A stretch of DNA of 64,000 nt from Octopus bimaculoides. Taxonomy: Eukaryota. The stretch is from the NCBI RefSeq assembly GCF_001194135.2, contig NC_068983.1:78794108-78858107 (forward strand). Reading direction: 5' to 3'. Positions 51,326 through 64,000 of this stretch are shown in pieces (position 1 is the first letter of the stretch; the number at the start of each line of letters is the position of its first letter). The notes beneath the pieces were generated by a model that was not told where the DNA came from, made no database searches, and worked only from the letters and a program-made list of their open reading frames with translations. The translations under genes and the position numbers were made by a program.

Positions 51326-53089
51326 AATGCATTATGTATGAATCATATGCAACTTCCGGGTATGGTTGTAAAATTAATAAAGCTTACTTTGCATTTATGA
51401 GGTTTTGAGTTCAAACCATTCCATAGCAACTTGTCTTCATAACCTCAAGTCAGTCAAAACTTTGTGAGTGAAATTTGGGTGAGAGTAACTGTGAGGAAAT
51501 CTGTGGCAAAGACTATTCCTGTTTTTAGTCTTTTGATTTAGATTACTGTCTAAATTTTGGGTGTTGTTAGTGGAATTCACATTATTGCTGGCATTTGGGC
51601 CTGGTCACCGGTCTAAGAATAGATTTCTCCCTTGTCTCTTGTCTCAGAGGCCCTCTGTGTGTATGTGTGCATGTGTGTATTTGTGTGTGTGTGTGTGTGC
51701 AAAATATTTCAATTCATTGATAAATGGTAGTAATAATTAAATAATATAGGTACAAAGATACCTTAGAATAATCACTTTTAAAGCACCAGTGATCTTCAAT
51801 TCCAAGTACATCTTTCTAGCCAGACCTCCATACTAAAATAATCATAACTGTCAAAATAATTAAATGACTCAGTTCATCAAGTAAGATGCAAATGACCATA
51901 ACCTTTACACCCTAAACATATAATTAGCGCATATAGAGAAAGCTTTCAAGAAAGATAATAGTGGCACTATGTATAATACCACCTAATATATCTTCACTGG
52001 GGTTGTTAATATTGTTATAGTTGTCATTGAGTGGTCTTTCGGTGCAGAATCATTGTAAGTTATGAGCCTTGATTAAGCTATAAATTACTGTCTTTCCACA
52101 ATCAAGTCAGTTCTCTAAACATTGACTAAGAAGGCAGCATGTACGGACTCTCAATTTGAATCCTTAAAAAGCAACAAATCTTTTCAATCTGGGTTTTTCT
52201 CCAGCAGAAGCCAGGGTATGGTTAATGCAATTTCAAGACCAAATAATTTTAGCAATAATAAAAGAAAGGAAAAAGAACAGTTATTCTTGTCTACGAAGAT
52301 TAATGGTTGATAAGCTGAAATTATTGGAAACCAAGCAATGGAAAAATGGGTCAATAAATTTAGTTTAATTGTAAATTCATAAACCACATTTTGTAAAGTG
52401 AATCAATTAATGGAAAATTTTGAACAAGAGATAATTAAACTGACTTTGATTTCAAGATTTTATTTTATATATGCAAAAAGGAAGGTGTGGAAATCTAGAT
52501 TTAAAAAATGGTGAGTTAGCATCAATAAGAAAGTCTGAGGTATCTGCTGAATTGGAAACATTCTCTAAGTCTCTTAGTTCAGAGTTACCCCTCTATGATA
52601 TCTGTTGCTGATGAGAAGAAAAGTACTTTGAAATACATGCATCCACTAGTCTACTAAAGGGTGCTCTGAATTGACCATGGTGTTTTTATGCATTTTTGTC
52701 TCCAGTGAGAATACTTTTTGATGACAAACTGCAGTAAAAAACCTTAAAGGTCCAAAATATCTCTCAAATATATTTCAACTAGCATTATGTTTATTTCTCT
52801 CTCAGTCACAACTTAGCACAGGAAAACAATCATCATAGAAAAAAATGCTCTTGCTAGTAATAAACATTCTGATGATAATAAACTTTCAGTTGTGCAATAT
52901 CAGTTACAATAACAACAGCAGAAGTACATATTTATCAATTGTTTGGAGACTTAAATAAGGTGTCTAACATTCATACTAAAGTGTCATAAATGGGAAAAAC
53001 TAGATCACCTTTCCAAATATTGACAGTCAGTCCCTACCTACAACATCAATGAAGATTCATACAAATATAGCATTGCTTCCATGATCAAT

Positions 53090-54100
53090 GTCAATAATAT
53101 AGATCTTCATATTAAAGATATCTACTATAAACTGAATGATATTCAAATGAAAATAGATAGCAGCCGATCTTGTTTGGTTGTTACAAATTCCTTTATCAAT
53201 AAGATTCACATGACATTAATTCACCAGCCAAAATCTTTAACAACTTATGATGGTTCAGTATTGAAAATGAAGGGAACTGTAATTGCTAATATTCATATTC
53301 AAGTTTATGGAATAGGAATTTGTTGCAAAAGTTCTCCATATGACTTTGCATTAATTGAAAGTGACATATCAAGCTACATTTTGTTTTAATGTTAACAGTT
53401 ATTTAGCCATTATGAAGAGTTACATAACTAGTATTACATATAAATATCTTGAGTATAATGAGATAACTTCTGCTCATAAAATACCTTTCCATTTACAAAC
53501 TGAAGTTATGTCAGAGTTAAGTAACCTCAAGCATCTTGGTGTAATATTACAGTTATCAGAATGTCAGGTGTGGTGAAGGTATGAATGATATACGGATTGC
53601 TTAGAATGTGTGTAGATTACAAAGTTCACCTAAATGCAAATATTGACACATTGACCCTTTACCAACTATTGATTATACATTCTCTGAAATGAAGAGAGTG
53701 AAGTTTTTCTCTGCAATGCATATTGGCAAATATGTGCTATCAATACCTCTAATGATATATATCATGTAAACCATTTACAGATTGGTCTTAAACATCTATT
53801 AACATATTTCAAGTGTTTAGAGAATGAAATGAAAGATATTCAAAGTGTTCAAATATAATGAAGTGGTATTTTATAAATTGAAAACTTGATAAAAATTAAA
53901 GCAGAGGAAAATTTCTAGCCTTCATAAACTGAGCATGTTTAATTCCATTGTAGATAAAGAAAAATCAGTTACTTACTGTTATTTTAGGAATCATTGTATT
54001 GTTAAGTGGCATCATGCCATCAAGATCATTGGTGGAGGGAAAAGTTGCTGTGACAAGAAACAGTTACTGAGGATCAAGTCTTTTTTATTTAGTGCAAACA
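53090..54100 (+). mobile_element. Degenerate Gypsy/Ty3 pol (protease-RT)
   Basis: MKIDSSRSC (protease DTG-like), LTTYDGSVLKMKG, KIPFHLQTEV.SEL..L...GVI, RMCVDYKVHLNANID; many stops. Confidence 0.75.
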
Positions 54101-54169
54101 ACTAGCTTGAGTATTCAAGGCACAATTGTTAGCATAACTACTATTGAAAATTATAGTTGCGAACCTTAC

Positions 54170-55545
54170 CAAAGTATACCATAATGCCCCTGGATCGGAA
54201 TTTCTAGTAAGGATTTCTTAGCAATTCCCAACACTTTAATGGTTGTGTCCTTAAAGTATTTTTCAATCCTTGCTGACCAATGATGAAATCCATGTGGTGG
54301 AGTTATGATTTCCTCTTCAATAACAGGATGAAAATTAGACTGCTACAGCTTCCATTCAAATGTTTGTTGAGCCTAATTTCTCAGAATGTCATTGCAGCAA
54401 TTATCAATGGAACCATTTTTAGTGGACTGAAAATTTGCCTGGACTAGATTTCTTTAATGTATCAACAACAGAGTAATTAGCAAATGTATGGAACCATAGT
54501 TTTATTAATTTTTTGTAGAGCTCAGTCTTCTGAATGGGGCTATATCTTTAGTTGACAAAGTGTCATTTCAAACATCTGGGTATCTAATAATCCTTTCTAC
54601 TACAAGCACAAGGTCTAAAATTCTGTGAGAAGGGATTAGTTAATATCATCAACCCTAGTGCTCAATCGGTACTTATTTTATTGACCCTGAAAGAACGAAA
54701 GGCAAAATTGATCTCAACAGAATTTGAATTCAGAACATAAAGATAGACAAAATGTTAACAGCATTTTGTCCAGCATGCTAACAATTCTGCCAGTTCACTG
54801 CTTTCCTCTGGATACCAAATAACAGCAGAATATGAGTAGTATCAAGCAGTTTAGCAGTTTAAGAGGATCAAACCATCTGAACTAAACTTTTGCATGGACA
54901 AAGCCATCCAGGTAAAGACTGTTTTGTTGATTAGAAACACTGAAAGTTAAATAGTCTTTCATGAATTTTCAGGCTGAATCATGGACCTAACTACAGTTTC
55001 AGTGGAAAGGAGGAAACAAATTTCCTAAAGATATCACAATTTTGCTTTTCTGACAGCTTTCTTGCATGAAGAACAAGTGTTATTGTTCTCCATAAAGTTC
55101 CATTTAATCACTTGCTACTTGACTATTTCCTGTAAATGGAATAGAGATGTTTTACTTCGGGCTATATAATTACTTTCTCAAAAGATAAAAGACATTGAGA
55201 CATAAAAAGGGATCCACAGTTTGAGTGGGTCAAAGATGAAACATCAAACATGAAGAATATATTCTGAGATGCTCGAAGGATTTTGGGCCTTAATAAGTTT
55301 TGGCTTAATGAGGCTTTCATTTTGGAAAGTGCTATGCATTCATAACATCGTTTTTAAACATTTTCCAAAGAAAATAGTCTTTAGATCTAATTCAGTAATA
55401 TGTAATCGAGTTACTCCAGGAGGGAACAAAGGGAACAAAAGCTTCGGTAAATCTGTGATTCTAAAAGATGGTAAAGAGGAGAATCTGGAAAGAACATCAG
55501 CAGTTTTGTTATCTTTTCCAAATATGTGTCAGATATCATTATTTA
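54170..55545 (-). mobile_element. Degenerate Gypsy pol (RNase H end and integrase), opposite strand
   Basis: DI*HIFGKDNKTADVLSR (RNase H terminal motif) at ~55540-55480, integrase zinc-finger CSSC at ~55070; interrupted by a SINE. Confidence 0.65.
54590..54805 (-). mobile_element. SINE family A
   Basis: Reverse complement of the central domain and head. Confidence 0.82.
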
Positions 55546-55913
55546 AGAACGGTGATACAAGGATTCTAAAGAACAATTTTATCTCTGTTTTCCCTTTACT
55601 TTTGTATGAGACCACAACTATGAAGTAAAAAGAAAATTCATTTCCTAATGCCTTTTTTATGATAGCCAGAGCCATCTTTTCGATTGATGATGGATTTTAG
55701 CTCAGAGCAGGAAAGAGGTCTGGAGAAGAAAGTAACAGGTTTATTACATGGTGTAAGAATATCCAAAATTATAATTCCGGAAACATCAGTTTTAAGATGC
55801 CGTGTAATTTCAAGTTAAATGGGTGAGAGAGTTTTAGGTAGATTGTGGTCTCATACAAAAGTAAAGGGAAACAGAGATAAAATTGTTCTTTAGAATCCTT
55901 GTCGCACCATTCT
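55546..55913. repeat. Near-perfect ~75 bp inverted repeat with a 218 bp spacer
   Basis: 55546-55620 vs reverse complement of 55839-55913; about 5 differences by manual alignment. Confidence 0.92.
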
Positions 55914-56269
55914 GATGTCATTTTTCATAATTGTTAAATAAGATTTACTAGGGTTTGAACTTAGTTCCAAGAAAAGGGACACTGCCTAAACAAACTTAGG
56001 AGTCATTCTTATTTAGAATTGCTTGGTGCTGTGTAATCAACATGACATTTTAATTTTTTCTGGTCAGGCTACAAGGAATTATTTTTTAGGTAACAAGTGA
56101 ATAATTGATGGAGAAAATTAATTTTTTTCCATTCCCACAGTTAAGTACAAAGATGACTGACTTAGTGCAGGATCATTCAAATTAAAATTTATATAGTGAC
56201 TCTAAAATCAAATCATAACAAATAAATGAAGAAACTTAGAAAAGAAGCATTATTACAAAAGACCATTCC

Positions 56270-56470
56270 TTAGTGCTTAAAATTATTTGAACAACCATAA
56301 CAACAAGCCGTTTATCCCAGAGATATTCAGAGTGAATATTCTTGTGAAAATACAGACCATTCATATGGTCATTTAACCAGTAATACAAAAGTCAAGGAGT
56401 TGTATAAGATGGCCTTATCATATTCAAGGAAACAGGATATAAAATCATGTTTGCAATGTCAAAACTTTTG
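56270..56470 (+). mobile_element. Gypsy integrase zinc-finger (HHCC) relic
   Basis: DHSYGHL...RKQDIKSCLQCQ. Confidence 0.5.
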
Positions 56471-56799
56471 ATTTTCAGGAATTTCAAATTGTGACACCTG
56501 ACTCGTATGAGCCAATGAGGAAGCTCTCACATGTTCCTTTGATCTGATAAAATATAGTAGCCAAATTTCAATCAAATTACACCCCAGGGACAAAGTTGGA
56601 TAATGTAGTACTGAGTTCCTTGCACAGAGGAAGCAGACAGGATGGACACAACTGAAATGCTTTTGATTGTCAGTGTGCTCAATCAGTGTTGATCAGCTAA
56701 ACAATAATTTGATCAGTAAGTAAAGCTTGCTAAAATAATTCATATTAATGATGTTTATGTAAAAGATTTTGGAAACATTTCGAAATGTTGAATTATTTT

Positions 56800-57010
56800 G
56801 CTTAGGGTTTGTAGTCTTGCAAGTTACTTGACGACCTGCAGGTGGCATGAAAAAGTATACTCTGTATACTCCGTAAAGTGGTTTGTGCTATGAAAGGCAG
56901 CCAGCCATGAAAGCCATAAAGATACTGGCACATGATGCAGCCTTTGAGCCCATAAGTTCCTGCCAAACTGTCCAACCCATGCCAGTATGGAACATAAACA
57001 TTAAATAATG
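56800..57010 (+). mobile_element. Family D (RTE 3'-end) diverged copy with a GAT/GAC-rich tail to ~57090
   Basis: AAACTGTCCAACCCATGCCAGTATGGAACATAAACATTAAATAATGAC. Confidence 0.7.
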
Positions 57011-57480
57011 ACAACGACAATGATGATGGTGGGGGAAACAGTGGCAATAGTGATGACAACAATGATGGTGACAATGATGATGATGATGATTGAAGCTTTC
57101 TCCAATTCTGATAGAAAGGTTGAGATATTAAAGTTCAAGTTAGCTGAAATATTTTTTTAAATATGGCGTTTCAAACACTCAGATAATGGTGCTAAATTTG
57201 TTGCCTTAAAGCAATTCTTTAACTCAGTTGGTTGCAATAAATTAGAATCACAAAATATATTGCTACAAATTAAATGGCCTCGCAGAAAAGGAGGATCAAA
57301 CAATAAAGCAAGCTATGAAATATCATCATCCCAGAATTGCTAATTTTGATTTATATTTGTACAAGATAGATATTAATCATGGAACTGCCACAGGTGGCTT
57401 TAGAAAGTCTCAATCTGAAAAATTAATCGGAAGGAATCTACAAATTGCTACAAATTCATTTTTCTGAAATTGGTGAAAAG

Positions 57481-57780
57481 GTTTCACGTAAGTTGATGTA
57501 GTGACGTCATATTGGCACCAAAAAGCATAGGCGCCATTGCTGAATCCTTAACCACGCATGCGTGGGTTTCAACATCGAAGCGTTCCTGCTATTATTCGGT
57601 CTCTTACCAAGCCTGACAGCGACCAAGCAAGACGTCTAAGCAAGCTCTCCCATTTGAATGTGGTTGAACCAAGTTGTCTCTATAACGACACCAGCTCGAA
57701 GAACCGTACATCTACATTTGAGGCTACTCTAAAACCGGACAATTAGAAGCTGTTTTATTTTCCACCGTACAATAAATATT
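57481..57780. promoter_or_regulatory. CpG-rich, promoter-like island
   Basis: 15 CpGs in 300 bp of non-repeat sequence; TGACGTCA (57502-57509), ATTGG (57511-57515), GGCGCCATT (57530-57538), 14 bp palindrome CCACGCATGCGTGG (57552-57565). Confidence 0.55.
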
Positions 57781-58160
57781 TGTTGTTGTTGATCAGTTTG
57801 GAGTTTCTGCATTCAGTTCTGTTCCAATTTAATGTAGGAAAGTTAGGTGTATATCTAAAGATATATAACCCACTCTCCTAAAATGTCATTTGCTACTGCA
57901 GCTAATTACATTGTTAATTCTGGACACAGCATTGCCTGTATAAAAAAGATAACTGATTATGTCTCAGTTTGTTTCATTTGAACAGCTTGTACCATTGCTG
58001 ACAGCTGCTGATGAAAATAATATTATTCAATCTTCCCTGTAAAAGATGACATAACAACTGACTCATGATGTAACAGAGGATAGCTAAATAAGGTTTAGAT
58101 ATAAAACAGTGACAGATACTACATAGAACAGAAAATGTTACTATATCATCAGTTACAATA

Positions 58161-58463
58161 TAGGTGCAGGAGTAGCTGTGTGATAAGTAACTTGCTTTCC
58201 CACTGTGTGACACCTTGGGCAAGTGTCTCCTACTATAGCCTCGGGCCGACCAAAGCCTTGTGAGTGGATTTGGTAGATGGAAACTGAAAGAAGCCCATTG
58301 TATATATGTATACATATATATATNNNNNNNNNNGAGACCGATAGAATAAGAACTAAGCTTACAAAGAATAAGTCCTGAGGTCGATTTGTTCAACTAAAGG
58401 CGGTGCTCCAGTATGGCCGCAGTCAAATGACTGAAATAAGTAAAAGAGTAAAGAGAGTAAAGA
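58161..58463 (+). mobile_element. SINE family B spanning a small gap
   Basis: Head and tail both match 21334-21746. Confidence 0.85.
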
Positions 58464-61208
58464 GTAATATTCTTAGGAATTATCACATTTGTACAGAAAT
58501 TCAGAAACCATTGTGTTATTGAGAGAAATAATAATATTTCTTCTGTGATCTCACCAAGGTCAACTTTATCTTTCATCATTCATCAGGTAATAAAATAAAG
58601 TATCAGCCATACAGTGGAGTCAATATAACTGATTAATTCCACCTCACCAAAATTCCAGGTCTATATACAAAAACTAGCTGAAGTTTTGAAGCATCAAACA
58701 ACTTGTTCTATGATTCTTCTTTCAACTCATTGTATTCTGTGTTAAAATCACATTCAGATTAACTTTGTCTTTTAGTATTTCAAGGTCAATCAATGACATA
58801 AAGTACCAGTCAAGTACTATGTTACTATGCTTGATGTTACCAACGAACCCCCTACCCCTACCCTCAAAATTTCTGGCCTACCATTTAAATTAGCAGCAAT
58901 TGTTATTGTTGTAGTCACTTTGATTATATTCAATATGAAATTCATTTTGAGTTATGGGTTGTTATATTCCTATAAGTTACTGACATTCCACAACAGCAAG
59001 AATTCAATAAACATTAAATAAGAGTGCAAAAGGGAGGGGGAATATACATGGTCTCTCTATCTGAGTCCTTTGAACAAAACAATTGACCCTATCAAATGAG
59101 GGATATCGTTAACTTTATTATCTTTACCATTAATACATTTGTATTAATAAAGTGCTGGTATGAAAATTTTCTTCTTCACATATGTTAATACAAAAATAGC
59201 AGTCATTAAAGTACTTGCCTTATTAATATGTTATCTCTTATGTAATAATCTCAACCGCAATAATCATTGAGTTTCATTTGGCAGTTTAATATCTCATGGT
59301 AGACAGATTGTTCAGTTACTACTTCCTTTAACAATAATTATGATAGTTCCACTAATTTGAACATGTCAATCTTACTTCCTACTTTACAGACAAGAATAAT
59401 TAATAACACCTCTTAACCAACTCAAATTTCCAACATATACAGACTTTGTCTTCCTTTCCAGTAACTCTTCTTCCTGGGTTCTTCCTAGCTTTGAAGTGTC
59501 TACCCTTGTAATTAAAAGACCATCAAACAATTATATTCACATATTTTACATTTTAATAATGTTTAAATCAGGACCTTACAAGTAAATTACATGAATAGAT
59601 AGGAACTTTGACAAATTTTAACAGTTCTGCTAGTGTTCTCAATGAAGAGTGTTGTTGTTATCGTTGTTGTTGTTGTTGTTGTTGTTATCGTTGTTTAACC
59701 ACAGGTCAGTCATTATTCCTTAGTCCTATAATCAAAGTCATTTCATCCATGACCTCCTTAGCTGTTTTTAGATATATCTTTAGGAGTACTTAATCCAATA
59801 TATGTTTTCTTTTTCTTTTTTCATTTTTCATTTTTTTGGTAGGTAGAAAGATGTGATTTGAGAGAAATTTGGCTGCTATTAAATGCAGATAAAATGAACC
59901 CATAGAATCCCCAGGATCCACTTATCCAAGTACCATGCAGTGGGGATCAAACCAGAACAATGGAATTACAAAAATAACATCCTGACCAGCATGACCACAT
60001 CATAACAACCCAGTATATATCAATGATTGAAGCCTACTAACTGAGTGTTTGACCAGGAATAAAATGAGTGGCAAAATACATACATGTTCTGACTCACTGT
60101 ATTCCTTACATTTGATGCATGGCCCCAAAATACATTGTATCACATGGAGATATTTACTTCCTTTACTTTTTCTTTTCTTGTTATCTAAGAAGTAATACTT
60201 TAATTATATATTTCTTTTAGTTGTTTTATTAACCTCATTGTCCAAAGAGCTTTCAACAACTTATTCAACAGCAAACATGAACAAAGCTTTCCTCTTAAGA
60301 TTAAAATGATGTTTCTGATATTTTAGTTTTTCTTTTCTGTTTGTCATCATCCCACATATTGTCAGAGATATTTGCAACAGGCAACCAATGATTACACAAC
60401 CAAATATATTACTTTCATGATTCAGGATTCCAAAGAATATTTTACATTTACAAGTTTTTGTTTCATTTGTTTTTGTTTTTGTGGGATAGGTTGATATCGT
60501 GGATTTGGGGAAAATTTTAGTCACTGATTATAATTTTCCAAAGAGTCAATCACTTGTTCAGTGCATTAATAATTGTGATGGTGATAAAGGAATGTCCTTG
60601 TAATCCAAGTGAAATAAATAATGTTTTAATACCAGGAGATTAATGTTCTCTACATCTCCCTGTTTCTCTCTTTTCTCCCTCTCTCCGCTTCTCTCTCTCT
60701 CTCTCTCATACACACATACACACATGTAATACATACTTCAGAGACGATGAAATAATAAGTAATATATGAGAGTTAACATCATTATTGTACCATAATATCC
60801 AATTATTCTCCAAAGAAATATTGGAGAATGTATTCCTAGATATACTATGACTGAAAATAAGACAGGATAGCATGACCACAGGTCTGTTTGTTCAGATCTT
60901 ACATCTGAGGTTCAAATGGGTGCCATGCTAGGGTACTACCCTAGAAAGGTAATACATATATCACTTAAGGCTCAGAACGATTTAACATCTGATTCTAAAC
61001 ACAAATAAAGTCATTTAAACAATCACTCATGATTATATACAACTGTTATACTTTGTCCTCCCTCTTTGTGTAATTGTCTCTATTACCATTACTATGATTC
61101 CTGCTCTTATGAACTAACAAGTATAATCGTTTTCCATGTGTGGAAGAGATTTAAAGGGGAAGAATAGAGGTGAAGAAGGATAACTCTGTCTAAATAAAGT
61201 TAACTATT

Positions 61209-61585
61209 GTGTTGGCACTCCGTCGCTTACGACGTCGAGAGTTCCAGTTGATCCAATCAACGGAACAGCTTGCTCGTGAAATTAACGTGCAAGTGGCTGA
61301 ACATTCCACAGACACGTGTACCCTTAACATAGTTCTCGGGGATATTCAGCGTGACACAGTGTGACAAGGCTGACCCTCGAATTACAGGCACAACAGAAAC
61401 AGGAAGTAAGAGAAAGTTGTGGTGAAAGAGTACAGCAGGGTTCGCCACCATCCCCTGCCGGAGCCTCGTGGAGCTTTTAGGTGTTTTTGCTCAATAAACA
61501 CACACAACACCCGGTCTGGGAATCGAAACCGCAATCCTATGACCGCGAGTCCGCTGCCCTAACCACTGGGCCATTGCGCCTCCAC
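61209..61585 (-). mobile_element. SINE family C, full length
   Basis: Reverse complement of 16617-16999; exact 13 bp TSD AAAGTTAACTATT at 61196-61208 and 61586-61598. Confidence 0.94.
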
Positions 61586-63009
61586 AAAGTTAACTATTAT
61601 ACATATATATATATATATATATATACACAGACACACACATATATAAATATATGTGCACAAGCATGTGTGCATATGTGCCTGAGCATGTGAGGGTGTGTGT
61701 ATGTATGTATATATATATATATGTGTGTGTATGGAATATAGCACATTCATCAAAAGCACAATCACTGAAAAGACATTCATTGAAAAATATTCATAGAAAT
61801 ACATATTTATTGGAAAACATAGAAAAACAATGAACTTAATGCTGACTAATTTTTTTGTTAAATGATAAAAGAACAAATCATTTTTTAAATGAAATACATT
61901 TTCAATTTATTTTCCAGCTATCTGGGGATTTTCTTTTATAAGAAAACAAATATCAATGGAAATATATTGAAACTTAATCTCAACTACTTTTTTTTCACCA
62001 ACTTTTATAATGATAAGAATAATTTTTTGAATGAAATATATTTTCAATTATTTTCTTTTGTGTATTTGTGTGTGTGCTTGTATTTATTTGTATAGCATTC
62101 AATACAATATACATTTGAGTGTTCTTGATTTTTATTAAGTAGTAAGTTATAGCAGTACTGTATTTTCTGGCATACAAGTCAATGTAGTATATAGTGTAAA
62201 CATGAAGTGAAAACATTCAAACATCACCATTATCTTTCCAAATCTTGCTACATTTCATATGGAACTTTCATAACAATTCAATGGATGCTAGCCTTTGAAT
62301 GATACTTAAGCAATCGCCGACAATTAATTATTGTGAATCCATTTTGTGACAAGAACGTTAATATTTTATAGCTATTACAACCTTGTCTAGATTTGTAGGT
62401 TATAGGTAGTACTTAATATGCTATAGATAGTACTTAATATGCTAACAATTTCTAAATTTTATTGCATTATAAACAACTCAGGTAATTCAAATAAATACTA
62501 ATAAATCATTGTATTTTTAAAATATGTTTTTATCTATTTCTTTGAAAAATATTAACATTTCAACGAATATTCCATCTTTTCTTTTAATCAATTTATCAAT
62601 TGACCAATTTGCTTTTCTATGAATATGTCTTTCAGCTAATATGATTTTGACCAAACTACATTTGATGAAACCCATGTTTGAGCATATGTGTGAGCATATA
62701 TGTGTACATGCCTCTGTGTGTGTTTGTGTGTGTATGTGTTTGTGTGTGTGTTTGTGTGTGTGTGTGATCATGTATGATTGCTTGGACGTTACTTAGATTA
62801 TGTTATTAAAATTTCTCATAAAAATAAAAAATCATATCTACAGAATGTTTGTAATCAAGTTTAAATACCATGACAGAAGAAATAATTCATTCTTTCATTG
62901 TTTTAAATCTGAATTTGATTATATATTTTAAATTCTCAGATATCATGTTCACTGAACTGGATTGTAAACTTTTATAAATTTAAAATATATGTAAACCAGT
63001 GTCTGTAGT

Positions 63010-63570
63010 ATGTTTGTAGTATGTATGGAGTACCAATCAGTCAAGTAGCTCTTCTGTTGATGTGATGATCTAGAATGTCTGTGTGCATAGCTTCAGTTCC
63101 GTCCGAGGTATAGGGGCCATATTCCACCAGGGGCCTCAGTCAAGTCTTGTAGAGTGTCAATAGCTGTTGGTATTTGAAATATCTTCTGGCTCTAAAGAGA
63201 AGGACCAGTCTTTGGGATGTCATCTTAACTATGCTAAAGATATATTTTTGCCAGGAGAGGTAACTGATGATATTGAGGCCCAGCATTTGGGATGACTGTA
63301 AGAGATATAGCTGAGGGCTTCCCATGTTTAGAAGGGTTGTGGTGTGATATTTACTTAATATGCATAGTGCAAGAGTTTTTTTTTACTTTTATTATAAAGA
63401 CAAAATTGTCAATAACTCAGTGGAGGATGCTCTCAAGGTTTCTGTTTATGGAATAAATGCACTTCTGGCAAGTGGGTGCCGCATGTGAGATGCATGTGGG
63501 TGATGCATAGTTAAGGAAGGTTAGGAAAAGATGAAGAGTCATGTGCAGTGTCATCCAGAAACTCACACTG

Positions 63571-63616
<46 letters not shown>

Positions 63617-63830
63617 AATGTTGCAACTAATAAGTCTCTGACATATTGAAGGAAGAGAACCAAATCCTGAGGAGCAGCAGATTTGATTGAGAGTGGAGCA
63701 GAAAGAGCTACATCAATATATGTCATAACAGTACAATCGCATAGGAAACTATTAATCAAAGTGATGAGAGGTGGGTAAAACCCATAGGCAAGAAGTTTCA
63801 GTATGGTTGCTAAGAATTTATCAATTTAAT
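63010..63830 (-). mobile_element. CR1/Jockey-group LINE RT fragment, interrupted by (CA)n
   Basis: LKLLAYGFYP..INSFL, SAAPQD (GVPQG-like), LDDTAH (YADD position), LGL.I.SYLSWQ.YI.SI, SQRLVLLFRARRYF..QLLTLYK, RPLVEY. Confidence 0.8.
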
Positions 63831-64000
63831 GTAGTTATTAGGCCAGCCATAATTGAGTAGACCCTATGATAAAAAGCGTTCCAGCCTTGTCAATAACATC
63901 TTCTTTTCAGACATAGGGTTTCTAGGAAGGTGACTGATCAATTGCATTCTGAACAACTGTGTCCATGTTAAATATGTCCTAGTATGCATGTATATTTGTG

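Noticed and set aside
52608-52650. Other CTGATGA hits (also ~6320, 17255, 34645, 49792, 58006)
   Set aside because: No correctly spaced GAAA, stem III/UH or stem I pairing, so not hammerheads.
57558-57746. 62 aa plus-strand ORF in the CpG island
   Set aside because: No recognisable homology, and GC-richer DNA has fewer stop codons; treated as part of the regulatory candidate.

Overview
AT-rich eukaryotic genomic DNA from a gapped draft assembly (nine N runs). The SINE families, RTE-type LINE fragments and dense (TA)/(CA)/(AG)/(GATA) microsatellites point to an octopus (coleoid cephalopod) genome; this is inference from repeat recognition, not a database match. The window is almost entirely non-coding. 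It holds about 25 tRNA-derived SINEs or RTE 3'-end copies (three with clean 11-13 bp target-site duplications), several RTE LINE fragments, a CR1/Jockey-group LINE fragment, Penelope-like (PLE) remnants, degenerate Gypsy pol, a hAT transposase relic and a Tigger-like MITE. No intact, nameable protein-coding gene could be recognised; a few short splice-site-bounded open segments are listed as low-confidence candidate exons. The most notable observations are: (i) a type I hammerhead-ribozyme fold in a PLE-like terminal repeat (43404-43503, minus); (ii) an RTE insertion with twin-priming inversion architecture and a matching TSD (41832-42336); (iii) a ~400 bp foldback palindrome; (iv) a nearly perfect 75 bp inverted repeat inside decayed LTR-element DNA; (v) a CpG-rich promoter-like island; and (vi) several closely spaced inverted repeat pairs that could form long dsRNA. 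Family labels A-G are my own working names, and most element boundaries are approximate (about +/-10-20 bp) unless a TSD is quoted.
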